Shown: positions 17,666-25,647 of the stretch, in pieces
Layout: each line of letters begins with the position of its first letter
Numbering within the stretch: the stretch's first letter is position 1
Source of the DNA: Candidatus Amesbacteria bacterium
GTDB taxonomy: Bacteria; Patescibacteriota; Microgenomatia; CAZETR01; Amesbacteraceae
NCBI GenBank assembly: GCA_963736875.1
Contig: CAVTQH010000002.1
Span: forward strand, 270,663-334,662
Length of the DNA stretch: 64,000 nucleotides
Direction of reading: 5' to 3'
Program-made: the position numbers and the translations under genes
Notes under the pieces: model-generated
Databases searched by the model: none
Seen by the model: only the letters and a program-made list of their open reading frames with translations
Told to the model about the DNA's origin: nothing

Positions 17666-18254
17666 TATTCTCCAACTTCTTAGTTAAAAGGTAATCCAAG
17701 TGTAACACAACATTCCTATAAGTATTACTTATTTTAGCCTCATTATTTATTAGTATATATTTTTTATTAGCCTCGTATGTAATGTGTTTCAATTTATTAA
17801 TTGTTAGGACCCGATTAAAGTGGGTTTTTGATTTATTCCCTCTTTTTATAGCCAGAGATGGTTTGATTTCAAGAATTACTCCCCCAAGCACCTTAGGATT
17901 GTTAAACAATCTGTGGGTATTCACCTGGACACCGTCGATTATGATATTAACCCCGGAATTGGTATATGAATTTATAATAATTTCTATTAACCCCATAAAT
18001 ATATCAGACGATTTCTTTCCTTCAAAATTTTCTAATTCTGTTGAGTTAATATCCGGTCGAAAAAAACGCACCATTTTACTTGCCACTCCCAAGTTAATTG
18101 ACTGATAGAAGTTATAATCACGAATTAATTTTCTCGTGATGGTCGTTTTTCCTGAGGAATTATTTCCTGTTACAACGAAGATAGCCGGTTTACCTAGTCT
18201 ATTAAGTTGTTTAATCTTTCCGTTGATATTTATCACCAATGACCATTTTATCAC
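17652..18254 (-). CDS. P-loop small-molecule kinase-like protein
   Basis: VVTGNNSSGKTT Walker A, IIIDGV Walker B. Confidence 0.7.
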   Translation of the reverse strand: MIKWSLVININGKIKQLNRLGKPAIFVVTGNNSSGKTTITRKLIRDYNFYQSINLGVASKMVRFFRPDINSTELENFEGKKSSDIFMGLIEIIINSYTNSGVNIIIDGVQVNTHRLFNNPKVLGGVILEIKPSLAIKRGNKSKTHFNRVLTINKLKHITYEANKKYILINNEAKISNTYRNVVLHLDYLLTKKLENNGQE

Positions 18255-18435
18255 AAGACCTATAGTTCGTCTAGAGTTTCTATATCCTCACCCACCCGGA
18301 ATTAAATTTGTGGCGACGACCCCATCCTCGTTCGCAGGGTTCCCTAGGGGGACCCTCGCCAAAGTCCGGGACGATCTAGGTTCTTTTTACAATCCCTTCC
18401 GGAGTAATGGGTAGTTTAGTTAGTCAGCTCCCTGC

Positions 18436-18475
18436 GGCGGGGTGTCCGCTTTCCACCCCCGCCTTCTTTATTCTT
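18436..18475 (+). terminator. GC-rich hairpin with T-rich tail (possible intrinsic terminator, facing tRNA-Gln)
   Basis: GGCGGGGTG-N9-CACCCCCGCC then TTCTTTATTCTT. Confidence 0.5.
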
Positions 18476-18496
18476 GCCCCATCCAGTACCCTACGG

Positions 18497-18567
18497 CTGG
18501 GGGACAGGGATTCGAACCCCGATAGTCAGGTCCAGAACCTGAAGTCCTACCGTTAGACGATCCCCCA
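18497..18567 (-). tRNA. tRNA-Gln (anticodon CTG)
   Basis: TGGGGGA acceptor, TCAGG-TTCTGGA-CCTGA anticodon arm, GGTTCGAATCC T-loop; full CCA not encoded. Confidence 0.95.
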
Positions 18568-18642
18568 ATATCTTTCTCGCAATACGACCCCAATTTTACC
18601 CTCCCCGGCTACAGCTGTAAATCTATTTATGTTTTTAGCGGT

Positions 18643-19695
18643 TTAACCCGTAAGCTTTGGTATCCAGGGAATTTTATGTACCAGGAAGGCAACAGAAAAC
18701 GAAATAACTGCTGTTAATCCGAAAAACAACGGATCAAACCAAACCTGGGTAACCGTCAGGGCAGGGGAGCCGGAGAACAGATATTTACTAAAAAGTTTCC
18801 ATATGATTTCCAGCACCCACACATGTACAAAAAATACAAAAAATGACCTGCCTGACAATCTTGTCAGAATATTTTCTTTGGTTTTTAAATTGGTAAACCA
18901 ATAATATCCGCCGGCAAACAGAGCCAGCGTGTAGACCGCAATACTCGGCCTCCATTGGGAATAAAAATCGACATAATTCCAGGAAGTCAGATACCGGCTG
19001 CGTCCTTCATAGAATATATAACCGGCCAATACAGCAGTAATTACCGGCCAGATATATTTTAAGCGGCGGACCAAAGTCAAAATCCGGTCTGTCTGGTGGC
19101 AGGCCACCATCCCCAGCACAAAAAATAAATAATTTAATACAGTGATTCTTAACGGATCCGGCATCACAATGGCATGCCGGTAATAATCGGCATACAGAAG
19201 TCCCGCTTCCGCTCCGGCTAAAATTACCAGTACCCACCATTTGGATATCCATCTGTAGAACTTATGCAGCAGGGGAAATATCAGATAAAGAAGCAGAAGC
19301 GGGGGAATAAAATACAGCTGATACGAGGAATTGCCTCCGATTAAAGTCTGCATAAACCCCATATCATGTTGGGTATAGACAAAATGATAATAGATTAAGC
19401 TCCAGAAGACGTACGGTATAAGAATTTTACCGGTGCGTTTTTTCAGATAGGTAAAATATCCGGTTCCGTCCCGGTGGGAAAGTTCCAGCACAAAACCGGA
19501 AATCAGAAAGAACAGCGGGACTGCAAACCGGCAGACCTGATTTAAAAAAAGCGACAGAGGGACTTCCGGCAGGTTCATATATACCGACTCGATGGTTCTG
19601 CTGGTGGTATGGATAAGGATAACCGCGAGGATTGCGGCAGTTCTTAATGCATCCATTGCTATGTCCCTGCCCGGCAATAATATTTCCTTCACCAT
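18643..19695 (-). CDS. acyltransferase-3 family (OafA/WecH-like) O-acyltransferase
   Basis: D.LR..A..AV..IH, RFAVPLFFLISG, YQLYFI, SF.VFFVH motifs. Confidence 0.85.
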   Translation of the reverse strand: MVKEILLPGRDIAMDALRTAAILAVILIHTTSRTIESVYMNLPEVPLSLFLNQVCRFAVPLFFLISGFVLELSHRDGTGYFTYLKKRTGKILIPYVFWSLIYYHFVYTQHDMGFMQTLIGGNSSYQLYFIPPLLLLYLIFPLLHKFYRWISKWWVLVILAGAEAGLLYADYYRHAIVMPDPLRITVLNYLFFVLGMVACHQTDRILTLVRRLKYIWPVITAVLAGYIFYEGRSRYLTSWNYVDFYSQWRPSIAVYTLALFAGGYYWFTNLKTKENILTRLSGRSFFVFFVHVWVLEIIWKLFSKYLFSGSPALTVTQVWFDPLFFGLTAVISFSVAFLVHKIPWIPKLTG

Positions 19696-19762
19696 CCGAT
19701 TTTACCTGAAATTTCTGCCATTTGACAAAACCGGGAAATTCGGTAGACTGTATCCACTCTTG

Positions 19763-20380
19763 ATGAATAAAAAACTTGGTTTGATAATCGTCGCAGTCAT
19801 CCTGATAGCTCTGGGTTTGGGCGGATTTCTTTTATTAAGTAAAGGCGGTAAAACCGCTCCCGTTACTTCCGGGACTACCCCGGAGCCTTCATCTTCCGCA
19901 CAAAAAATGTCTTTAAGGTCGCTGCTTTCATTCACCGGCAGTCAAATGTGTAATTTTTCAGACATTGAGTCCACCACCAGTGGTCAAATCTATATGTCCG
20001 CCGGCCGGGTCCGGGGTGATTTTTCCACCATAGTCGAAGGAAATGTAGTCAAATCTCATATGTATACCGACGGTCGGGAAATGTACTTCTGGATGGACGG
20101 AAGCGCCTCCGGTTTTAAAAGCAGCCTGACCGTTACTCCGTCACCGGAAGCCGGAAAACCTGCAAACGAAAATGTCGATCTGGACCGCCAGTCGGATTTT
20201 GATTGCGGTCCCTGGACTGCGGATGACTCCCTGTTTGTTTTACCGGACGGGGTAAAATTCTCGGATCTAAGTACTCTGATGGCAGTCCCTACGGGTGGTC
20301 AGGCATCCCCCTGCCAGACTTGTGACCAATTGACCGGTGATACGGCAGTCCAATGTAAGAAGGCACTCAATTGCCCGTAG
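19763..20380 (+). CDS. membrane-anchored hypothetical protein with Cys-rich C-terminus
   Basis: start MNKKL, N-terminal TM, CQTCDQL...C....NC tail; TTGACA-16-TAGACT promoter upstream. Confidence 0.7.
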   Translation: MNKKLGLIIVAVILIALGLGGFLLLSKGGKTAPVTSGTTPEPSSSAQKMSLRSLLSFTGSQMCNFSDIESTTSGQIYMSAGRVRGDFSTIVEGNVVKSHMYTDGREMYFWMDGSASGFKSSLTVTPSPEAGKPANENVDLDRQSDFDCGPWTADDSLFVLPDGVKFSDLSTLMAVPTGGQASPCQTCDQLTGDTAVQCKKALNCP

Positions 20381-20399
20381 CGGTATACTTAAGATAGTG

Positions 20400-20867
20400 G
20401 TGAAGTGGAAAGAATTAAGTCTAAGTCTTATTCTTTGTCTGGGAGCCGGGATTATCGGCTCGGTATTTACCGCCCCGGCAATTACCTCCTGGTATGCTTT
20501 CCTGAATAAACCGTTTTTTAATCCCCCGAATTGGATTTTTGGGCCGGTTTGGACACTTCTCTATATTCTGATGGGCATTTCCCTTTATTTGGTTCTTATT
20601 TCCAAGTCAAAAACAAATGGCTATCACCAGGCACTGCAGCTTTTTGCTATCCAGCTGGTTTTCAACATTCTCTGGTCGGTGATCTTTTTTGGTCTGAGAA
20701 ATCTTCTGGCTGCATTTTTGGAAATAATTATTCTCTGGATTGCCATTTTACTGACCTGGCAAAAATTCGGAAAAATATCCCGGACCGCTGCCAACCTGCT
20801 TATTCCCTATATTGCCTGGGTCAGCTTTGCCCTCTTGCTCAATCTGGCAATCGTAATTTTAAACTAA
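20400..20867 (+). CDS. tspO: TspO/MBR protein (second paralog)
   Basis: WY..LNKP.FNPPNWIFGPVWTLLY, PYIAWVSFA. Confidence 0.9.
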   Translation: MKWKELSLSLILCLGAGIIGSVFTAPAITSWYAFLNKPFFNPPNWIFGPVWTLLYILMGISLYLVLISKSKTNGYHQALQLFAIQLVFNILWSVIFFGLRNLLAAFLEIIILWIAILLTWQKFGKISRTAANLLIPYIAWVSFALLLNLAIVILN

Positions 20868-20908
20868 ATGTTGCATTACAGGGAGAATTTAGTTAAGGTA
20901 GCTTAACT

Positions 20909-22123
20909 ATGGAAGAACAGATCCCGGTAAGTCCCGCTCCGGAAATTACCGAAACTCCTCCGCCCGCCGTCCCCGAAAAGAAATCCCTGAATTGGAAACC
21001 ATTACTGATTGTCGCCACCCTTGTCCTATTTATTTCCGGCGCCGGTGCGGGATTTTATATTCTTTCGGGGAAAAACTCCCAACCCTCACCTTCTCCCGTT
21101 CCGGTTTCAGCCCAGCCTCAGGTTCAGCCGGAATTAATCCTCAGCCTCACCAGTCCGGCCATGGATTCGGTCCTCGAAAGTAATCTTCTCAAAGTCAGCG
21201 GTGTTACTTTGCCGGATACGCCTGTGGTTTTATTGACAGAGGATCATGACAACACAATTCAAAGTAATGACGCCGGGATTTTTGAGGGGGAGATTGAATT
21301 GGAAAACGGAATCAATACTCTGACCGTAATCGCCATGGGTGAAAACGGTGAGGAAAAGGTGATATCTCAGGAAGTGGTCTATGACGGGCAGGTGTTGGGA
21401 GAAAGTACCATTGTTTCAAAATTTGACAAGACAGGGAAAACTTCCGGAAAGAAATTTGTAGCCGATGATATTGAGACTTTAACAAAAATGTATATAGTTG
21501 ATAAGCAGACTAAATACGTCGATGAGAAAAATAAACCCATTTCTGCAACAAAGGTTAAACTGAATAGTAAAGCATTGGCAATTTTGGAGGATGAGGTTTC
21601 CACTCCTGCCGGTTTACTGAAAAAAGCAGTTAAAATACTCGTCCGGTCAGCTACTGATTCCGCTCAATTGAAAATCTCCGGGCGCCGGGCTATCCAGGGC
21701 GTGGTCATAAATATCGAAGGTCAAACCCTGCTTCTTTCCCACCAGATTCAGCGTGACCGGCAATATAAAGTGACCGTTAATGAAAGTACAGTTTTAAAAA
21801 TAAAGGATGTAACAAATCCGACTATGGCCCAAATCCAGGTGGGACAGCGGATAATTGTAACCGGCAATCTTTCGGAAAATGGGGATATTGTTGCCACCGG
21901 AATCTTTGTGATTCCGGGGAAAGCTTCCGGCATATTCAACCGCCAGCCGGTAACCCCCTTTCCCACTCTGACTCCGCTTCCCACTTCAGTCTCCACTCCC
22001 TCGGCAACGCCGACCACATCTCTTTCACCGACCCCTTCGCCCACCCTGACTCCGGCACCGACACTTACACCTACACCGACACCCACGGTAACTCCGGAAC
22101 CATCACCGACCCCTGCGATTTAG
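20909..22123 (+). CDS. membrane-anchored surface protein with Ig-like and DUF5666-like domains and a Pro/Thr-rich tail
   Basis: TM, VSGVT...L.NG.NT.TV.A, PTPT repeats. Confidence 0.65.
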   Translation: MEEQIPVSPAPEITETPPPAVPEKKSLNWKPLLIVATLVLFISGAGAGFYILSGKNSQPSPSPVPVSAQPQVQPELILSLTSPAMDSVLESNLLKVSGVTLPDTPVVLLTEDHDNTIQSNDAGIFEGEIELENGINTLTVIAMGENGEEKVISQEVVYDGQVLGESTIVSKFDKTGKTSGKKFVADDIETLTKMYIVDKQTKYVDEKNKPISATKVKLNSKALAILEDEVSTPAGLLKKAVKILVRSATDSAQLKISGRRAIQGVVINIEGQTLLLSHQIQRDRQYKVTVNESTVLKIKDVTNPTMAQIQVGQRIIVTGNLSENGDIVATGIFVIPGKASGIFNRQPVTPFPTLTPLPTSVSTPSATPTTSLSPTPSPTLTPAPTLTPTPTPTVTPEPSPTPAI

Positions 22124-22608
22124 ACCGGTATTTTCAGCTTTTCCAATGTCTGTATATCCAGATTTTCGGCCGGATATTCGGTCAGCAGTTTGGTTACCCA
22201 TTTCCTTCTGATAATATCGACCCCCAGATTAACCAGAAATTCAAATTTAATATCGGCTTTGGAATCCGGAAGTACCAGTACCGGCTGGACTTTGAGATCC
22301 AGGGCGGTTTTTCCCCTGATCAGTTTTTTTGTTGCGGCTGACTGTGCCTGCATCTCTTTTAGAAGTTTCTCCCCCGACCGGCCGGAGTATTCCGTTTGAC
22401 GGCAAAGTTTCAAAAGCCAAATACCGGTGGGACCAATAATCAAAGTCTCTGCACTTTTGTAATGCAGAAACTCCGCCGGCAGGGTCTTGAGAATTTTTAT
22501 AAATTCCCCTTCGGCTTTTTTCTCTTCAAAATAATCAACCACGGCTTTAAAGACCAGTCCCAGTGCAAAAATTCCCGCCGACCAGGTAACAACGCCAATC
22601 ACTTCCAT
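22120..22608 (-). CDS. NERD-like nuclease-related domain protein (degenerate)
   Basis: AEGE...IIGPTGIWLL..., VQPVLV pattern. Confidence 0.5.
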   Translation of the reverse strand: MEVIGVVTWSAGIFALGLVFKAVVDYFEEKKAEGEFIKILKTLPAEFLHYKSAETLIIGPTGIWLLKLCRQTEYSGRSGEKLLKEMQAQSAATKKLIRGKTALDLKVQPVLVLPDSKADIKFEFLVNLGVDIIRRKWVTKLLTEYPAENLDIQTLEKLKIPV

Positions 22609-22615
22609 GTGTCTT

Positions 22616-23572
22616 CTAGTCTATCAACTCCATTTCCAATGATCCACCCGTGTGTGTTCTTTTGATGACTTCCGAAAGAAGCGGAGCCACTGAGCACAGA
22701 TGAATCTTCGGGTGAGCCAGTACTTCTTTTGTCGGGGTTACGGTATCGGTGATGATTACCCGTTCGATAGCATCGTTTTTCAGCCTTTCCAAAGCTTCTC
22801 CGGAAAAAATACCATGGGTGGCTACAACCACAATTCTGCCGGCTCCCCGCTTTTTAAACAAAGTAGCCGCGTTTACCATGGTTCCGGCCGTATCCAGGAT
22901 ATCATCCACTATTACCACATCTTTCCCCTTGACATCACCGATCATGTCCAGAGCCTGCGAAGAATTTTTTACCTGAGTATCGCGTTCTTTGTAAACAATA
23001 GCGATATTATCCGCTTCCAGCCTGATGGCATATGCATTGGCCCTGGCAACTCCTCCCTTATCAGGAGAAGCCACCACCAGATGTTTGAGTTTAAGCTTTT
23101 TGATTATCGGAATTAAAGAATAACTGGCGTAGAGATTATCCCAGGGGCATTTGGTAAAACCCTGCTGCTGATCCGAATGAATATCCAGTGTAATAATCCG
23201 GTCCGCTCCGGTGTGTTCAATCAAATCGGAAATTAAAGCTGAACTGATCGGTACCCGGGGATTGTCTTTCCGATCCTGACGGCTATAGGCAAAATGCGGG
23301 ATCAGAGCCGTAATTTCACCTGCAGAGGCGCGCCTGGCAGCATCAATCATTAGAAGCAGTTCCATCAGATGATCATTTACCGGCGGACTGGTTGACTGGA
23401 TAATAATTACATGTTTATTTCTCACGGAAACCGGAATTTTTACCATAATTTCCCCGTTGGCAAACACGCTCACCGGCTCATAAAATTCGTGTTTTAAGAG
23501 TTTTGATATTTTTCCTGCCAATTCCGGAACGGAGGTCCCGGACATAAGTATCATTCCGTCTGTCTTTGACAT
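22616..23572 (-). CDS. prs: ribose-phosphate pyrophosphokinase
   Basis: FANGE, YSRQDRK, DIHS.Q, SPDKGG, VDDILDTAGT motifs. Confidence 0.97.
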   Translation of the reverse strand: MSKTDGMILMSGTSVPELAGKISKLLKHEFYEPVSVFANGEIMVKIPVSVRNKHVIIIQSTSPPVNDHLMELLLMIDAARRASAGEITALIPHFAYSRQDRKDNPRVPISSALISDLIEHTGADRIITLDIHSDQQQGFTKCPWDNLYASYSLIPIIKKLKLKHLVVASPDKGGVARANAYAIRLEADNIAIVYKERDTQVKNSSQALDMIGDVKGKDVVIVDDILDTAGTMVNAATLFKKRGAGRIVVVATHGIFSGEALERLKNDAIERVIITDTVTPTKEVLAHPKIHLCSVAPLLSEVIKRTHTGGSLEMELID

Positions 23573-23626
23573 AATCTCTGGTCGGATAATACCACTGTTA
23601 TGATTATTTGGTAATCACTTTGTGCT

Positions 23627-24106
23627 ATGCTTTCGGGTATGAAAGTCTTCTCCCTGGTTTTGGCGTCGGCTTTCGTAATTATTGCCATGGTCCTTATCCC
23701 CAATGTCTTAATGGGATTGAATCTTGATTTGAATCTGCCCGTATATACTTTCCCTTATGTAAATTATTTCGGAATGTTAGTTGTGTTTTCAGGTGTGCTT
23801 CTGGATCTTTATTGCATATATTTATTTCTGACTTTCGGCCGGGGTACACCTGTCCCGGTTGACCCGCCTCAGATTTTGGTTGCCAAAGGTATATACTCCC
23901 ACAGCCGGAACCCGATGTATATAGGATACCTTTTAATAATTCTCGGGGAATTTATTTTTTTCGGACATCTTCTGCTTTTAGGTTATTTCTTCCTGGCCGT
24001 GATTTTGATTCACCTGTTTATTGTCCTTTATGAAGAACCGATACTCAAAAAAAGATTCGGAGAAACTTATTCGGAATATCTGCAGAAAACTCCGCGCTGG
24101 GTATGA
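23627..24106 (+). CDS. isoprenylcysteine carboxyl methyltransferase/PEMT-family membrane protein
   Basis: G.GTP.P..PP..LV..GIY...RNPMY, EE..L...FG..Y..Y....PRW. Confidence 0.85.
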   Translation: MLSGMKVFSLVLASAFVIIAMVLIPNVLMGLNLDLNLPVYTFPYVNYFGMLVVFSGVLLDLYCIYLFLTFGRGTPVPVDPPQILVAKGIYSHSRNPMYIGYLLIILGEFIFFGHLLLLGYFFLAVILIHLFIVLYEEPILKKRFGETYSEYLQKTPRWV

Positions 24107-24435
24107 CCGTACCTTGCCCGTTTTGTAATCAGCAAATAGATTCCACTGCTTTCTTTTGTCCCGTGTGCGGCAAGAATGTCCGGATCAAACCCCTGTCTAC
24201 CACCGTCGGCACCCAAATTCTTGTTTATCTATTAAGTGTTCTGGTTCCTCCGTTTGGTTTGGGTCTAACTTTCCGCTATTTGAAATCACCTGATCCCAGA
24301 GCCAAAAATATCGGTAGGATATCAGTCATTCTCACTTGTATTGCCTTAATCTTTGTCTGCTGGTTGACCTTTTATTACACCCGAAAAATTACCGACCAGG
24401 TAGATCAGGAAATGCAGAAATATCTGGGATTTTAG
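24103..24435 (+). CDS. zinc-ribbon membrane protein
   Basis: CPFC...FCPVCG plus two TM segments. Confidence 0.7.
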   Translation: MTVPCPFCNQQIDSTAFFCPVCGKNVRIKPLSTTVGTQILVYLLSVLVPPFGLGLTFRYLKSPDPRAKNIGRISVILTCIALIFVCWLTFYYTRKITDQVDQEMQKYLGF

Positions 24436-24439
24436 ACCT

Positions 24440-24748
24440 TTACCATCTGGGCCTGCGGGGTCCGCGGGCATCTCGGTCACGGTTAAAATCGTCTCTCGGT
24501 GCCTGTGGTCTGGCTTCGGATACCGCAACGGTTCGTCCGTCCAGGTTTTGGCCGTTTAATTTGGTAATAGCGGTTTTAGCTTCTTCTTCAGAACCCATTT
24601 CCACAAAACCAAATCCCTTGGACTTGCCGCTCATGCGATCGATAATTACTGTTGCCGATGTCACTTTTCCCGCCTGAGCAAAAAAAGCAGACAGATTGGC
24701 ATCAGTCGTATCCCACGACAGACCTCCTACGAATAATTTTGTTGCCAT
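24440..24748 (-). CDS. RRM RNA-binding protein
   Basis: RNP2 LFVGGL, RNP1 KGFGFVEM. Confidence 0.95.
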   Translation of the reverse strand: MATKLFVGGLSWDTTDANLSAFFAQAGKVTSATVIIDRMSGKSKGFGFVEMGSEEEAKTAITKLNGQNLDGRTVAVSEARPQAPRDDFNRDRDARGPRRPRW

Positions 24749-24881
24749 TTTATTTTGTCACCCCCATCCTCGTATTACTCTTTCTCAACAACTGTTTTTT
24801 TAACTTGCTTAAATGAAGCTGCAGCGATCAAAAGAAGTATCTAACGTACCATTATACCAGATTTCAAGTTATAATTAACAA

Positions 24882-25133
24882 ATGGCCCAGGCAAAACAAC
24901 AAAAAAACGAAACCTTTACCGTCAAAGGTGATGAACTGGTTAAAAGGATCAAGGAGCTGATTCACGAGGGAAATGTCCGTAGGATTATTATTAAGGATAA
25001 GAATGGAGTTTCTTTAATCGAATTTCCGCTTACCTTAGGTGTAGTCGGTTCGGTTTTTGCTCCGGTTTTAGCCGCCGTCGGTGCTATGGCTGCCCTGGTA
25101 ACGGAATGTTCCATTACTGTTGAGAGAAAATAA
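24882..25133 (+). CDS. DUF4342-family protein
   Basis: LV..IKELIHEGNVRRIIIK...EFPLT.GV...AP.LAA.GA. Confidence 0.8.
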   Translation: MAQAKQQKNETFTVKGDELVKRIKELIHEGNVRRIIIKDKNGVSLIEFPLTLGVVGSVFAPVLAAVGAMAALVTECSITVERK

Positions 25134-25568
25134 TTACTGCCCTGCCGGTGTTGGTGTCTGATTTATATCAAAATCTCTGATTATCGGATTCAACTGGATA
25201 TTGGAAGCCGTGACACTCCCGTCTGAATTGGTCTGTCCGAACACCGCTACCTTTTCTCCGACCTTCAAATCAGCAGAAGTAGCCGTACCGGCTTTATTAA
25301 TAACGGTGTTATCACCAAAAATTACTATTTTGCTGCTTCCGTCCGGCATTTTTACCGTGATGGAATCGGTATCACTTCCTATAATCTCTCCGTTTACCGG
25401 TCTGAAGGTATTGGGATTTCCGCCGGTTCTGTTTCTTAATCCGGAAGCTGTACCGAATTGTCCGAAACTTACAGGTCTTTTATTTTGCTGATATTTAACC
25501 CCGCCGAAAAATCCCGCTCCTGCAGTTAAAAGCGCAACAATAACGGTGATGACAATTGATTTATTCAT
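25134..25568 (-). CDS. DUF5666-like exported protein
   Basis: GFFGG.KYQ, GEI...D..SITVK..DGSSK, DLKVG..V.V.G...DG.VTA..I. Confidence 0.7.
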   Translation of the reverse strand: MNKSIVITVIVALLTAGAGFFGGVKYQQNKRPVSFGQFGTASGLRNRTGGNPNTFRPVNGEIIGSDTDSITVKMPDGSSKIVIFGDNTVINKAGTATSADLKVGEKVAVFGQTNSDGSVTASNIQLNPIIRDFDINQTPTPAGQ

Positions 25569-25627
25569 CTTACTTTTTTAGCCCTCAAGCCGGCGATTAG
25601 TGATGTAAGTAAAATCTAACAAACCAA

Positions 25628-25644
25628 ACTGAAAAAAAGCTGAA
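25628..25644 (-). promoter_or_regulatory. putative response-regulator tandem box
   Basis: ACTGAA-N5-GCTGAA on +, same 11-bp period as the box at 30733. Confidence 0.5.
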
Positions 25645-25647
25645 GGT

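Larger units (their letters stand above)
9343..18496. mobile_element. tRNA-Gln-anchored gene cassette array / genomic island without a visible integrase
   Basis: AT-rich short accessory genes separated by a recurrent 34-bp repeat, ending at the tRNA-Gln 3' end. Confidence 0.7.

Noticed and set aside
18361-18405. RNase P (AAAGTCCGGG) or SRP (TCC-GGAA-GGG) motif
   Set aside because: The required flanking conserved elements (GAGG before AAAGTCC and CR-V; SRP CAGG/AGCA loop) are absent.
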